Of a DNA stretch of 64,000 bases, positions 15,600-30,230 are shown piece after piece. Location of the stretch: assembly GCA_964016885.1 (NCBI GenBank), contig OZ024759.1:18414001-18478000 (forward strand). Direction: 5' to 3'. Position numbers and translations under genes: made by a program. This stretch comes from Eledone cirrhosa (taxonomy: Eukaryota). Every line of letters starts with the position of its first letter. The first letter of the stretch is position 1. The notes beneath the pieces were generated by a model. That model saw only the letters and a list, made by a program, of their open reading frames with translations. It was not told the DNA's origin and ran no database searches.

Positions 15600-17494
15600 T
15601 ATCTATAATATAATAACTCAGATTTTATGTTGTTACTCAAAGATTTAACATTTACTGTTAATAGTTTTGTTATAAACTTAAAGCTTTTCTCAGTATTTTT
15701 CTGTGTGGTTAGACTGAAGCCTATAAACACTGAGATTCCACCATTTAAATGCTTATAATGTACAGTTGTCATGATTGATTCATTCAGGTTATCTTCATGA
15801 AAAGATGCAAAGAATACAGAGTATATTTATCGATATTTTAGGTTATGTGAATTTATGATCAATACTTTAATAACTGTAATTATTGATATTGAAAATTCTT
15901 TATGATAAAATCTTAATTGTCAATGTTAAAAAAAGCACCCAGTCCATCTTTTACGTTGGGTGTGTTGGTGTCACAATGAAAAGCACCCAGTATGTCCTGT
16001 AAGGTGGTAGTGCTGATATGACAACAAGGAAAGGTGGTAATGTTGGTACAACCAGAAGAAAACCACCCCAGCTATTTGGTAGCACTGGTACTATGACAAA
16101 AAGCATTCTGTATGCCCTTTGAGGTAGTAGTGCTGGTGCCACAATATAAAAAAGTACTCACTTTACCCTGTAAGGTTGTAATGCTGGTGTTATGACAAAT
16201 ATAATACACCTAGTCCACCTGGTCAGGTGGTAGTGTCAAAGCTACGATAAAATACTCCCAGTACATGCTGTAAGCTGGTTGACATTAGGAAGTGTATACA
16301 AGCATAGAAACCAAACCCAAAACAGAGGCTACAAGCAAGTTGTGGTGACTTGATCAGTCTAATCGCGATGGATAATAGACATTAAATGGTGACAATTTTT
16401 ATCTTATGATTCATCAGTACGATGTAAAAGTGTTTGCTTTCATTGTCATTTCTTCTTTAATGTTTTGTTTGGAAAAAAAATCTCTAAAAATTCTTTTAGT
16501 TCAGAGAAAAGGACAAATAAAGAAAGAGCAATTTAACAATTGTATACACACTCTCACATGTGTATTGAAGTATGCACTTTCAAATATTTAACACATACAA
16601 ACATATATATATATAGATACACACACTTATACATACATAGCTGTATATATATATTATTCATGGATGTAAGGTTTGTATATTGAATAATATAAAATATGTT
16701 TACGAATAAATATTTGAAAGCCCTTAGCTATGAATTTTAAAGGTGGTGGCCGTCACCAACAACCTTGTTCCAGCAGAAGCCTGGGTGGAGCAACTGACAG
16801 CTGTTTCTAGCTATGTGGTCAATGTCAAGGTTGCACACTCCTTTCCTTGCCTCATACTGGAACTCACATAAGCCACAAACATATAGCTTTAACACTTATG
16901 TATATGGGCTGACTAGCCTCATTTGTATATGGAGCATTAGGTTGGCTTGGCCTGAACAAGAAATAGAAATAGGGTGTCCGCTCCAACATAGCTGTATACA
17001 TTCATGTATGCAATGTTTGTATATTGAATTATATGTGATATGTTTACAAATAAACATTTGAAAGCCTTTGGCTACGAATTTTATATATACATGCTCATAC
17101 ATATGTGTGTGTAGTGTATATGTATATATATTTATATGCTCTGTTTCTATGAAAAAAACCCAACCATTTTAAAATCTTCCAATATAATTTTCTAGAATAA
17201 TTATCTGTTATGACATTATTATTAAGTTTAATAAATCTCTCAAAATTGTTAATAAATTAATTTAGATGGAATCATTCCTTTAGTAATATGATTATGAAAG
17301 GGTTAAAGTAGTATAGTTGAAAAGGCATTGAGATGTAAAAAAAAAAAGAAATTTTATCAAAAGAAAATAAGGCTTTTTTTCTTTCTCCTCCCACTTGTAC
17401 AATTACTGGTAAAGTTATACCAGTATAAATACAGTGTGTATATAAATATACATACTTTTAATATATAAACATGCCAGAAATAAGAATTTTTCTT

Positions 17495-17750
17495 ATCATC
17501 ATCAGCATCACTGTTTTACGTCTATTTTTCTATGCTAGCATGGGTTAAATGAGTTATCCTGTTGTGGGCAATGCAAGGTCAGATGACCATGTCTTGATCA
17601 CACAGAACTGATTTTGGCTTGGTTTCTAAAGCTGGATCCCCTTCCTAACACCAACCTCATTTACAGTGAAGACTGGGTGTTTTTTTTTTGTCAGGACACC
17701 TACATAACTACTTTACAGTGAGGACTGGGTGCTTTTTGTCGTGATCCCTA
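17495..17750 (-). mobile_element. RTE-tailed SINE 3' part leading into the 48-bp array
   Basis: Homologous to 8277-8545. Confidence 0.7.
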
Positions 17751-18782
17751 CATGACCACTTTACAGTGTGGGCTGGACACTGCTTACCATGTCACTATCA
17801 TGACCACTTTACAGTGTGGGCTGGACACTGCTTACCATGTCACTATCATGACCACTTTACAGTGTGGGCTGGGTGCTGCTTACCATGTCACTATCATGAC
17901 CCCTTTACAGTGTGGGCTGGGTGCTGCTTACCATGTCACTATCATGACCACTTTACAGTGTGGGCTGGGTGTTGCTTACCATGTCACTATCATGACCACT
18001 TTACAGTGTGGGCTGGGTGCTGCTTACCATGTCACTATCATGACCACTTTACAGTGTGGGCTGGGTGTTGCTTACCATGTCACTATCATGACCACTTTAC
18101 AGTGTGGGCTGGGTGTTGCTTACCATGTCACTATCATGACCACTTTACAGTGTGGGCTGGGTGTTGCTTACCATGTCACTATCATGAGCACTTTACAGTG
18201 TGGGCTGAGTGCTGCTTACCATATCACTATCATGAGCACTTTACAGTGTGGGCTGGGTGCTGCTTTCCATGTCACTATCATGACCCCTTTACAGTGTGGG
18301 CTGAGTGCTGCTTACCATGTAACTATCATGACCCCTTTACAGTGTGGGCTGGGTGCTGCTTACCATGTCACTATCATGACCCCTTTACAGTGTGGGCTGG
18401 GTGTTGCTTACCATGTCACTATCATGACCCCTTTACAGTGTGGGCTGGGTGCTGCTTACCATATCACTATCATGACCACTTTACAGTGTGGGCTGAGCGC
18501 TGCTTACCATGTCACTATCATGACCCCTTTACAGTGTGGGCTGGGTGCTGCTTACCATGTCACTATCATGACCACTTTACAGTGTGGGCTGGGTGTTGCT
18601 TACCATGTCACTATCATGACCACTTTACAGTGTGGGCTGGGTGCTGCTTACCATGTCACTATCATGACCACTTTACAGTGTGGGCTGGGTGCTGCTTACC
18701 ATGTCACTATCATGACCACTTTACAGTGTGGGTTGGGTGCCGTTTACATGTTACTATCACAACAAATTTACAGTGTGGGCTA
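17750..18782. repeat. 48-bp minisatellite, ~21 copies
   Basis: Unit catgaccactttacagtgtgggctgggtgctgcttaccatgtcactat. Confidence 0.95.
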
Positions 18783-19064
18783 GGTAGGGGCTGCATATAA
18801 CAATTACTGTAATAAAATCATTTTTTTTTTACCCTTTTATCCAAAAACATAGTCATCTTTAAAATATCAAATATTTGAAATATATTAATTTTACATTAAA
18901 ATCTTAGATATAACCTTTATAAGCAAATTATTTATAGTGAAACAATTACTCTTATTCAAAAGAATGAAAAGAAAACTTTAGTAAACGGATTTGGAAAATC
19001 TGTAATTGTTTTGATTGCTGTTATTATTAATTCTACTCTCTGTATAGAGTACATCTACATTGTT

Positions 19065-19067
19065 TGA

Positions 19068-19105
<38 letters not shown>

Positions 19106-19558
19106 ATACATATAATATATATGCATATACATACATAATTAGCCTTTTTTATACACACTTGTATATATATATATATATATATATGAATGTAAATATATAT
19201 ATATGTGTATATATATATATGTATGCATATATATATATATATATGTGTATATGTATACATATATGTATACATATATATATGTATATGTATACATATATGT
19301 ATATATATATATATATGTATATATATACATATATATATATGTATATATATACATATATATATATAAGTGTATATACATATATGTATATGTATATATATAC
19401 ATATATATATCTATATATATACATATATATATATATGTGTATATACATATATGTATATATATATATGTATAATACATATATATATATAATACATATATTT
19501 ATGTGTGTATATATACATATATATATATATACATATATATACATATATATATATATAC

Positions 19559-19655
<97 letters not shown>

Positions 19656-19689
19656 TATACATATATATATATATATAATACAGGCATAC

Positions 19690-19722
<33 letters not shown>

Positions 19723-19734
19723 ATACAGGCATAC

Positions 19735-19765
<31 letters not shown>

Positions 19766-19790
19766 CATATATATATAATACAGGCATACA
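19065..19790. repeat. (TG)n/(TA)n microsatellite
   Basis: Read directly. Confidence 0.95.
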
Positions 19791-20278
19791 GAAGAGTGTG
19801 GGTGTATTCATTTCCTTGTGACTGTTATTGAATGACAGAAAGAAAGTAAGATTTAAATTGTATTTTCTCTTTTCCTATTGATTACAAAACATTTCCACCA
19901 AAGAGCCTTGTTTTTGCTGTGACCTTCAAAACTTCAGTAGCTTTCATATGAACTCCATTCAATGGATTTGAGTTGCATTGAATTATCTCTACCCTGAGGC
20001 TTATGGGGTATTTTATGCAAAAAAAATAAATATATATATCTGTGTGTCTATATATATATATATACATGCCCATATATATATGCCCATACACATATATATA
20101 TGTACATAAGGATACAAACAAATATATATATATATCTGTGTGTCTATATATATATATATATATACAAGCCCATACACATATATATATGTACATAAGGATA
20201 CATATATATATATATGTAATTTTTCTTCTTCCCATTTACTTCTTGCATGCATACATTCACGCACAAATGTATACATGC

Positions 20279-20311
<33 letters not shown>

Positions 20312-20411
20312 ATAAGGGGTTAACGGGACTAGCATAAGGTTTTCCATACTAGTACCGGTTGCATCTCAGCATATATATATACAAATATATGAATATACCT
20401 ATCTATACATA

Positions 20412-20441
<30 letters not shown>

Positions 20442-20442
<1 letters not shown>

Positions 20443-20630
20443 TTTAATATAGATGAGATTCTACAGGACTAGAACTGTTTCATTCTTTAGAAATCATCAG
20501 GAATCTGATGATTTCTAAAGAATGAAACAGTTCTAGTCCTGTAGAATCTCATCTATATTAAAACTTTTATACTCTGCAATGTATTGAGTACCTTACTTAC
20601 TGTGGTTACCTCCGATTCAACCCGGAATAA
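20442..20630 (+). mobile_element. Palindromic Penelope-like pLTR fragment with hammerhead-like core
   Basis: ~59-bp perfect inverted arms around a 4-nt loop; CTGATGA...GAAAC...GTC motif; downstream sequence shared with 52660-52720 and 8703-8770. Confidence 0.5.
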
Positions 20631-20661
20631 CGTATATATATATATATACATTATATACATA

Positions 20662-20692
<31 letters not shown>

Positions 20693-20714
20693 GTGCATGT
20701 GTATATATATATTT

Positions 20715-20774
<60 letters not shown>

Positions 20775-20800
20775 CTATGTGTGTATATATATATTTAAAC

Positions 20801-20832
<32 letters not shown>

Positions 20833-21216
20833 ATATATTTATACATACACACGTACATACATATATATATAGATATATAAGAATAGAGCAAAGAAATTAA
20901 ACAACAAAAACAACTGTGAGTTCTCCCTACCAAATTGTTCATGATGTTGTTTAATGATCAAATGTTACCCTTCATTGTTTATATATTTATTGTTTTTCCC
21001 TGTACTTGATTTGGCATGGTTTTGTTCTTACTCCATTGTATTATCAGTAAAGACATGTCTTCAATAAATATTTGAATTCTTATTTTGATTCTCATTGAAT
21101 GAATCCAAGAATTCAAATGGATACATACCTTCAGTTATGTTGTGTACATATGTGTGTGTATATGTAAGTGTGTGTATTTATATATATATGTGTGTTTATA
21201 AAAATACATATGTAAC

Positions 21217-21249
<33 letters not shown>

Positions 21250-21389
21250 TATATATATATATATTTATACATATGTATATATTTATACATATATATATAT
21301 ATATAAATATATATATATGTATAAATATATATATATGTATATATATATATGTATAAATATATATATGTGTGTGTGTGTGTATATATATA

Positions 21390-22281
21390 CAGAGTGTGGA
21401 CGATATTTGTTCGCAATTTTCAACTGCCAATTTTATGCAATTTTTTTTTACTTCCGTTGTCACTCTTGTCTTCATAAAAACAGTGACTATATTTCTATTA
21501 TTTATTTTCAGAATAATTGATTATGAATAATTTTGAAGCTCCAAATATGTGGAAGAGACACAGAGTCCTTCTTGGAATCCGCGCCGGGAGGACAAATAAG
21601 ACCAGAAGATCAACTCCCAGAATAACAGGTGGCTCGCTGTCTCATCCAAAGACGTGTCCAGAGTCATGCAGACAAAGTTTCCAGCGACAATATTTGTCTT
21701 AGGTGTCGTCAGCAGTCAAGGTGGTGTCATGCCGCCTCCCTTCTTCCCTGAGGGCCACAAGCTGAACACGGATGTCTACATCCGCATTCTGAGTGAGGTA
21801 GTAAAGCCCTGGATTGACCAGGAAGCTGCAGGTAGGCTGTACGTGTGGCAGCAAGACTCAGCGCACTGCTATACCAGCCGAAAGACCCAAGCCTGGCTCT
21901 CAGAGAACTTCATCGACCACACTTCACCTGACATCTGGCCTCCCATCTCACCTGACTGCAACCCACTCGACTACTTTGTGTGGGGCGCAGTGGAACGAGA
22001 CACCAACAGATCTAGCTGCAATATGAAAGACGATCTGAAGGGCAGGATCACAAGTGTATTTAGGGGCCCAGGTTGGGAGATAGTGACGAAGGCCTGTAGC
22101 CGGTTTCGAGGCCGCCTTGAGGCCATCATCAAAGCCAATGGCGGGTTTATCGAGTGTGATCGAAAGAACAAGTCATGAAGACAAACTGACCCAAGTTTGA
22201 TAAATATATCTTAAAAAATAAAACTACTGTGTGATTTTTTCCTAGACAGTAATCTTGCGAACAAATACCGTCCACCCCCTG
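21390..22281 (+). mobile_element. Internally deleted Tc1/mariner element, DD37D (maT) family
   Basis: TIRs cagagtgtggacgatatttgttcgcaa / ttgcgaacaaataccgtccaccccctg with TA flanks; ORF 21654-22178 has QQD-(37 aa)-D with WPPISPDCNPLD. Confidence 0.9.
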
Positions 22282-22499
22282 TATATATATACATATATGC
22301 ATATATATATATCTTCATAAATATATATATAAATATATGTATAAATATATATATAAATATATGTATAAATATATATTTATATATGTATAAATATAAATAT
22401 AAATATATATATATAAAAATATATATATAAAAATATATATATAAATATATATATATTTATATATATATAAATATATATTTATACATATATTTATATATA

Positions 22500-23035
22500 C
22501 AGGGTGTGGACGATATTTGTTCGCAATTTTCAACTGCTAGTTTTATGCAATTTTTTTTTACTTCCGTTGTCACTCTTGTCTTCATAAAAACAGTGACTAT
22601 ATTTCCATTATTTAGTTTCAGAATAATTGATTATGAATAATTTTGAACCTCCAAATTTGTGGAAGAGACACGGAGTTCTTCTTGGAATCCGCACCAGGGG
22701 GGACAAATAAGGCCAGAAGATCAACTCCCAGAACAACAGGTGGCTCGCTGTCTCATCCAAAGACGTGCCCAGAGTCATGCAGACAAAGTTTCCAGCGACA
22801 ACATTGGTCTTAGGTGTCGTCAGCAGTCAAGGTGACGTCATGCCACCTCACTTCTTCCCCGAGGGCCTCAAGCTGAACACCAATAGATCTAGCTGCAATA
22901 TAAAAGACAATCTGAAGGCCAGGATCACAAGTGCCTTTAGGGGCCTAAGTCGGGGGACAGTGACGAAGGCGTGTAGCCGGTTCCGAGGCCGTCATCAAAG
23001 CCAATGGCGGGTTTATCGAGTGCTTGTAGAAGAAC
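22500..23035 (+). mobile_element. Second, further deleted and 3'-truncated maT copy
   Basis: Same 5' TIR and 5' region as 21390; the catalytic segment is missing. Confidence 0.85.
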
Positions 23036-24064
23036 ATGGAAATGTGGTGGATTCCTATGATTGCATGAAATAATTATTTCAAAATTATTCTTTAATGATG
23101 AAAAACAAAGGAAAGTAGCCAATTGTCAGATTAGATGAAGGAAACAATGCCTCCATTGGTTTTTCCATTGCTGACAATATCTGCTAGTTGCATCTCTTGG
23201 CTGAAAGAGGTGGAAGTTGTTTGCAAAATTGCACACAACCAGATCAGATATCATAACATCCTGTCTAACTCATTAAAAATACCTCTAATCTGTTGACCCC
23301 TCAGGGCAATTGAACCTGGCTGAAGCCATTACCATCCAGGTCCAACCATAACTGATTTCTTCAATTGAGGATTAAGTCAGGAAGAACATAAGAGAGAAAT
23401 TGAAATAATTTGTATTAGTACTGGACTGTTAGTTTATCTATTGACCTTGAAAGGATGAAAAGCAATCTTGACCTTGGTCAAATTTGGCGTCAGAGCGAAC
23501 ACAGAGGCAGGAAAAACACAGCAAAGCTTTCTAATAACTCTACCAATTCAATACCTCAATGTACCCATAATGTGTGTGAAGTATACATGCACACTATCTT
23601 TCTGCCATAAAGAGACATGTACATAAAACTAAGCCTAAAGTTATAGTGAACAACCATATTGGAAAATAAAGTCGAACACGGAACTTCGAGAAGAATTGTG
23701 ATGGCTTTCTCTGCCATAAAACGATTCAATAAATATGGTGGTGCGAAGAGGTGAGAGAATGTGAAGAACCTTCTTCTGCACGTTATTATCAATTTTAGTT
23801 TAAACATAATATTAATGGAGAAAAAGACACCCGCCCAATCCAGTCCTTTTATATTCTGATGATTGGCACTCAGTGATGATTTGCCTCCAAAAAATAGAAT
23901 TTCATATGCTGATATTAAATTATTTCAGAGTCTTGAAGAATCTTGAAGCCATAAAATGGCAATATAAATGTTTCTGTTCAATTAATTTTTTGGATTCTAG
24001 CAATTCAAATAAAAGTATGATGAATGTTTTCAATTAATTCTTTTTAGAACAATATGTTCAAATA

Positions 24065-25295
24065 CATACACACACAGGCACCATAATATATTTATACACA
24101 CAAGCAACATAATATATATATATACACAGGCAACAAAAATATACACACACAGGCAACATAATACATATATACACAGGCACCATTATATACACACACACTC
24201 ACCATTATATACATACACACTCACTATTATATACATACATAGTCAACATTATATACATACACACTCACCATTATATACATACATAGTCAACATTATATAC
24301 ATACATACTCACCATTATATACACACACAGTCAACATTATATACATACACACTCACCATTATATACATACACACCACTCATCATTATATACATACACACT
24401 CACCATTATATACATACATAGTCAACATTATATACATACATACTCACCATTATATACATACATACTCACCATTATATACATACATACTCACCATTATATA
24501 CACACACAGTCAACATTATATACATACACACTCACCATTATATACATACTCACCATTATATACACACACAGTCAACATTATATACATACATACTCACCAT
24601 TATATACACACACAGTCAACATTATATACATACACACTCACCATTATATACATGCACACTCACCATTATATACATACACACTCACTATTATATACATACA
24701 TAGTCAACATTATATACATACACACTCACCATTATATACATACATAGTCAACATTATATATAATACATACTCACCATTATATACATACATAGTCAACATT
24801 ATATACATACACACTCACCATTATATACATACATAGTCAACATTATATACATACATAGTCAACATTATATACATACATAGTCAACATTATATACATACAC
24901 ACTCACCATTATATACATACATAGTCAACATTATATACATACACACTCACCATTATATACATACACACTCACCATTATATACATACATAGTCACCATTAT
25001 ATACATACATACTCACCATTATATACACACCACTCATCATTATATACATACACAGTCACCATTATATACATACATACTCACCATTATATACACACACAGT
25101 CAACAATATATACATACATACTCACCATTATATACATACACACTCACCATTATATACATACATACCATTATATACATACACACTCACCATTATATACATA
25201 CACACTCACCATTATATACATACATACTCACCATTATATACATACACACTCACCATTATATACATACATACTCACCATTATATACATACACACTC
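24065..25295. repeat. ~22-bp minisatellite (cattatatacatacacactcac / cattatatacatacatagtcaa)
   Basis: Read directly; two alternating variants. Confidence 0.9.
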
Positions 25296-25457
25296 GCCAA
25301 AACTACACCTGATGTCCCCCTTCCATACACATGCACACATGCGTATATCATAACTCATGCACTGTTCATTTTCCTGACGTTTGTGCGTTACCCTATGTAC
25401 TATACATACACTTTTGATGAATTGTAGTGCACCTGAGCACTGTACACAATATTTTCA

Positions 25458-25645
25458 TTGGATTGGCAGTATCGGTAGAGAGTCGGACACCATGCTTTGA
25501 AGCATAGAGTTACGGCCCTTTATGATCTGAGTTCAAATGCCGCCGAGGTTAACTTTGCCTTTCATCCTTACGGAGTCGATAAAATAAAGTACCAGTAATA
25601 CACTGAGCAATTGCTGGCCTTGTGCCAAAAGTAGAAACAATTATT
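25458..25645 (+). mobile_element. Near full-length SINE family A
   Basis: A-box-like tggcagtatcgg, B box gagttcaaatgc, conserved core, tail gtagaaacaattatta. Confidence 0.8.
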
Positions 25646-26199
25646 ACTATTTTAAATGCATTTACATGGTACCCATGTACGAATATTGGAAGTGGTCCAT
25701 AAAAATGCCTATAAATGTTAAAATATAATTTAAAAAAGAGGGAAAGTCCAATATGGTATATTGTTATTAATAATTTAACATTAAAAAATATATATTGTCA
25801 CGAAAAAATCGCGGAAGATATTTACGATTCCGCTAAACTGCGATGGTTTCCACGGACAATTATTAGTTAGGTTCTGAGGAAGATTCCGCGAATGTCGGGG
25901 GTACACTGTATTCATATATCATCTCTCAAAAATGTAAACACGTGCAGCATACAAATATATTGTCTTACACATATATATTCATATAGTGTTTCACAAAAAA
26001 CGTGTGGACACACACATACTCACACTCCCGAAAATGCTCACACATCAACTTATTTAATCATGAAAACAAATACTCCAATATAGACATAAATAAATGTATA
26101 TATACAGATATGTGTGATAACGGACTGGAGTAAAAAAGTAAGCACGAACGTATATGTGTAATATTGAAGAATCTGTGGAGGGGAGTTGAGTCCATTAGG

Positions 26200-26432
26200 G
26201 AAACAAGACCCAAGGTGGAAAATCAGACTCTGTTCAGTCCTGGTGCGCAAGACCTGTGATGTAAAAGCACACCAACGACTGAGACATGTAGGGAAGAGTG
26301 ACATGGGGAATGGAAATAACAGGCGAAGCCATACCGAGTCGTTTGTCCCTTAAATGTTCAGCAAAACGGCGTCCTGTTTGTCCAATGTATAAGGGACCGC
26401 CAAGAGAAGACCGGAGGGCATAGACTACGTGG
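26200..26432 (-). mobile_element. Penelope-like element fragment (GIY-YIG endonuclease)
   Basis: HVVYAL...PLYIGQTGRRFAEH resembles the PLE GIY-YIG signature. Confidence 0.7.
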
Positions 26433-29400
26433 AAGGTGGACGTTAAACGAAGATGATGATTATCATGATATATATATATGTATATATGTGTGTGTGTACA
26501 GGGCCTGTGAGAGGTGGGTCCAGCTGGTACATTGTTCCGGTGCCCAAGAGCTAAGAAAGTCACATGCAACATCCATTTCGAGAATAATCTTTGCCTGCTT
26601 TGGGAGTCTTGTACCACCTTGCTAAATTTCTCTTGGAGGCTCTGTGTATGCATATATGCATGCGAAAATATATATATAAATGTATACTTTCTTTTAAACT
26701 AAAAAAAAAACCCTACAAATAGAAATACCGTTACCTCTTCTAAAAAACTAAACTAAGCCATCTCGACACTATATACATACTTTCTAAGAAATATAACTCA
26801 AATTTCTCTCTATAAACCTCATTCTGCAGATCTTTCTTTATTGAATACATTCTAAACCTTGTCAACAATAACAGCTATTCTAGAGACACAAAAATACGTT
26901 TTACTATCTTCTCTTTTTAGAGACATACATATAAAGCTATACACTTTCTACTAAGAAAAATATATAAACCTTCTTCTTTATACAGGAATATACCTTTCCT
27001 TTTTTCTTCAAACAAAACGAAACCTCTCTATACAGCTACATTTTTATTATCACTGATGCTGTCCAACTAATTTCTATTGCTGAGTGATTTGGAGCAACGT
27101 GAAATAAAGTGTCTTGTTCAAGAACACAACGCCCTCCATAATGTCAGAAAAAATGATTTAAACGTTAGTTTTGTTTAGGGTGTACATGTCCCATAGGATC
27201 TCCTACGGCCAACTAAGCTCTGGTCACCATAAGCGTAGAGGGCGAAAGAAGCAGTTTTAGGCATATACTTTACACAACATCTCCTACGGCCACCTAAAAC
27301 TCTTGTTAATGTCCCATAGTATCTCCCACGCTTGCATGGGTCGTCTTGCTTATATATGTGTGCTAAGAGTGCGAAAGGAACAGATTAAGGACATACTTCT
27401 CGTACAAGCTTCATATACATAATATCAAAGAAGCAGTTTTATAGCGTATCCGTCCTATGGCCAACTAAACGCTGGTCAGTGAGCGAAAGAAGCACTTCAT
27501 TGAAAACGTAATTTTAATTAAGATTTTTCAAATACATCTATATCATATAGATTCGTTTTCGACACTTTCAAAAACACACATTTCATATACATTTCTTTTC
27601 AACACTTACAAAAACACCCGTTTCATATAAAATTTTTGTTTGGCTTTTCAGAAAACACACATTTCATATAGAATTTTTTTCGGCACTTTCACAAACATTC
27701 TTAGTTTCTTTCTTTAGACACTTCATCTATATTCTTAGTTTCTTTCTTAAGAAACTTAATCTACAACAGGGTTTCCCAACCTTTTTTCAGCCAGCGCTCC
27801 CTTTGGAGGAAAACTTTTTTGTCAACGCCCCCCTATCAAATTAAATTTCACATAAGATACTGAATTCATTTTACATCAAATGGGTGTTTTGTTTTTATTT
27901 TTGGTGTTCCACTTTAGCAACACAAGTTACTCATGAATGAATGTGGTGCTAGGAATTCGCTTGGTGTCGCTAAAGTGGAAAAAAATACTTATATGCCGTA
28001 AAGCATATTGTCCGACGCTCTACAGACAATGCCAATACACAGCTGTGAAGGAATTTAATAATAAAACCACTTGGCTATCGTTTACCTTGTTGCGTGTAGG
28101 TCACTTAATCTGCCTTTGTCGTTCTTTCTCGACCAGATCCAGCTGGAAAAACTCTCCGCCTCCTCTGCTATTGTCTTTAGTACTTTGGTCCTGTTCCAGC
28201 CAGTTACTCAGAGATATTTCATGAGATTGTAGGCAGATATTTCCACCAACCCTCTCACTCCAGCCTGTGGGGTGAGAACTTTGACCTGGAAACCTACTTT
28301 GTAAAGAACTTTCTCTCCCCTGTATGTCTGTCCTTCTTGTAATCATAGCTGAAGTATTGATCAGTGTTAACAGGTCGATATCGATTAAATTTTCACCACG
28401 TGAGTTCTCAATCATTAGGAGAGAGTGACATCTTGGGTGTCATCATAACGTCCAATTCACCCATTTCCGGTGATCGGCCACTCCTTGATATGTTTGTGAT
28501 TGAGAGTAAAGTGACTCCCCACTAGACGGGACGCCAGTCCATCACATGGTTAAATCCCCATCTACTGCTGGTGCTCATTTTCAGCTGAGTATAACTGGGA
28601 GAAGGGGAAGACGACTCACCTAGAGGGACTAACCCCAGTGCACAAGCCAGGTAAACATACAGTAACGCACTCGGGTCGATTTAATTGACTTTCCCCTCCC
28701 CCAAAATGGTTGGCCTTGAGCCCAAAGCAGAAACAAGCAGGACCTTTCAACTGTACTAAATACATGACAACCACCCTAGTGTTGGTATCACTTAGTAAAC
28801 TCAGTAAAGGGGTTTTCGTAAAGGCATCCTTCGGGTCAAGAGGACTCTCCTACTGTATAAAACAGGACAACCTCATTATTGCTGGTGTCCTGATAAAAAT
28901 GCACTCAGTAATAGTGCTGTAGTTTAGATGGCGCTGCAGCATGGCCTGGCTGTTTAGATGGTGCTGCAGCATAGCCAGGTTTGTTAGTTAGTCGGTGATT
29001 GCCTTGAATCTCCAAAGTATGTGTAGAAGGGGGTGCGACAGCGTGTTGGCTCTGGGTATCCTTTGGGGAAAAGAACTTAATAAATTTGTTTGATTTATAT
29101 TAAAATCGAATAAAGCGTTTATATCATGTTTCATCTGTGTTTATATATATTCAAAATGTTTTCCTTTCTCATAATATTTCTCAGTATATTAGACCTTATA
29201 CTTCAGTTTTTGGGGCATACAATCAAGATTGCCCCGGGTATCTGTGATAGAGTGGCGTTCTGTCCAGATGAGTTCCTGTATTTTCAGCCGACTAACTGAC
29301 ACGGATAAGTAACGATCTAATGAGCCTCCGGATTTGAGACAGACTTTAATCTTGCAATCGACTGGCGTCCTATCCAGGTCCACAGTGCAGTTATTCTACA

Positions 29401-29574
29401 CACATATGTTTGGTAAGTCCGTAATTGAAGTTACAGGCGGTGTGAACGTATTTTTGCTCATAAAGCTCGCATATCTGATGAGATATTGATACAGAGCCGG
29501 ACTCCGGTCATTATGATTGTACTCTAAGATGATCGATATTGATATTGGAAGTGATATGCAGCAAGACTCTTTTT

Positions 29575-30122
29575 CTGTGATAAAAGAATGGGCCTGCTTT
29601 TTAACGTCCCTGATATACAGTGGAATCTGTCTTTCGATACGATCCACAGTTACATGTAATTAAAAAATGGGTCTGTCTTTTAACGTCCCTGATATACAGT
29701 ATAGTTTTGAAGCTGTCTCTCGAAACGGCCCACTGTCAAATCAAATCTAAGGTTGTGTTTTTCTTTTAACGTCCCTGATATAGAGTATATTTTGGTAGCT
29801 GTTTCTCGATACGAAGAGGTGTCACATCTGATATAAAGTGAGGTCTGTCTGTCCCTCCATACGGCCCTTTGTTACATCTAACATAATGTTGGGTCTGTCT
29901 GTCTCTCCATACGACCGACAATTACATCTAACTAATATAAGCGTGGGCCTGTCTTTTAACGTCCCTGATATACAGTATATTGTGGTAGCTGTCATACCAT
30001 ATAGCCCACAGTTAAATCTAAGGATGGGTCTGTCTTTTAACGCCCTCATATACAGTATATTGTGGTAGCTGCAACCCCACATGGCAGCTGTTACATTTAA
30101 GGATTGGTCCGTCTTTTAACGT
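29575..30122 (-). repeat. Diverged monomers of the 81-bp satellite
   Basis: gggtctgtcttttaacgtccctgatatacagtatattgtggtagctgtcataccatatagcccacag is the reverse complement of the 45850 unit; more monomers at 31935-32550, 36015-36270 and 42720-42965. Confidence 0.85.
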
Positions 30123-30230
30123 TAAGTTAATTCTAGTGCTCATTTCTTTTTTTGAGGTGTTGATCCATGAACCAAGATACCTAAAACCTTCAAATGTAAC
30201 GGATTTTGTATTGAGCAGACACTATATTAA

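Noticed and set aside
17752-18800. 343- and 344-aa Cys/His-rich repeat ORFs as a metal-binding protein
   Set aside because: The 48-bp unit comes from a non-coding retroposon segment; open frames follow from the unit length
27768-27835. cagggtttcccaaccttttt, a hAT-like TIR start
   Set aside because: No matching second TIR or 8-bp target duplication found by eye
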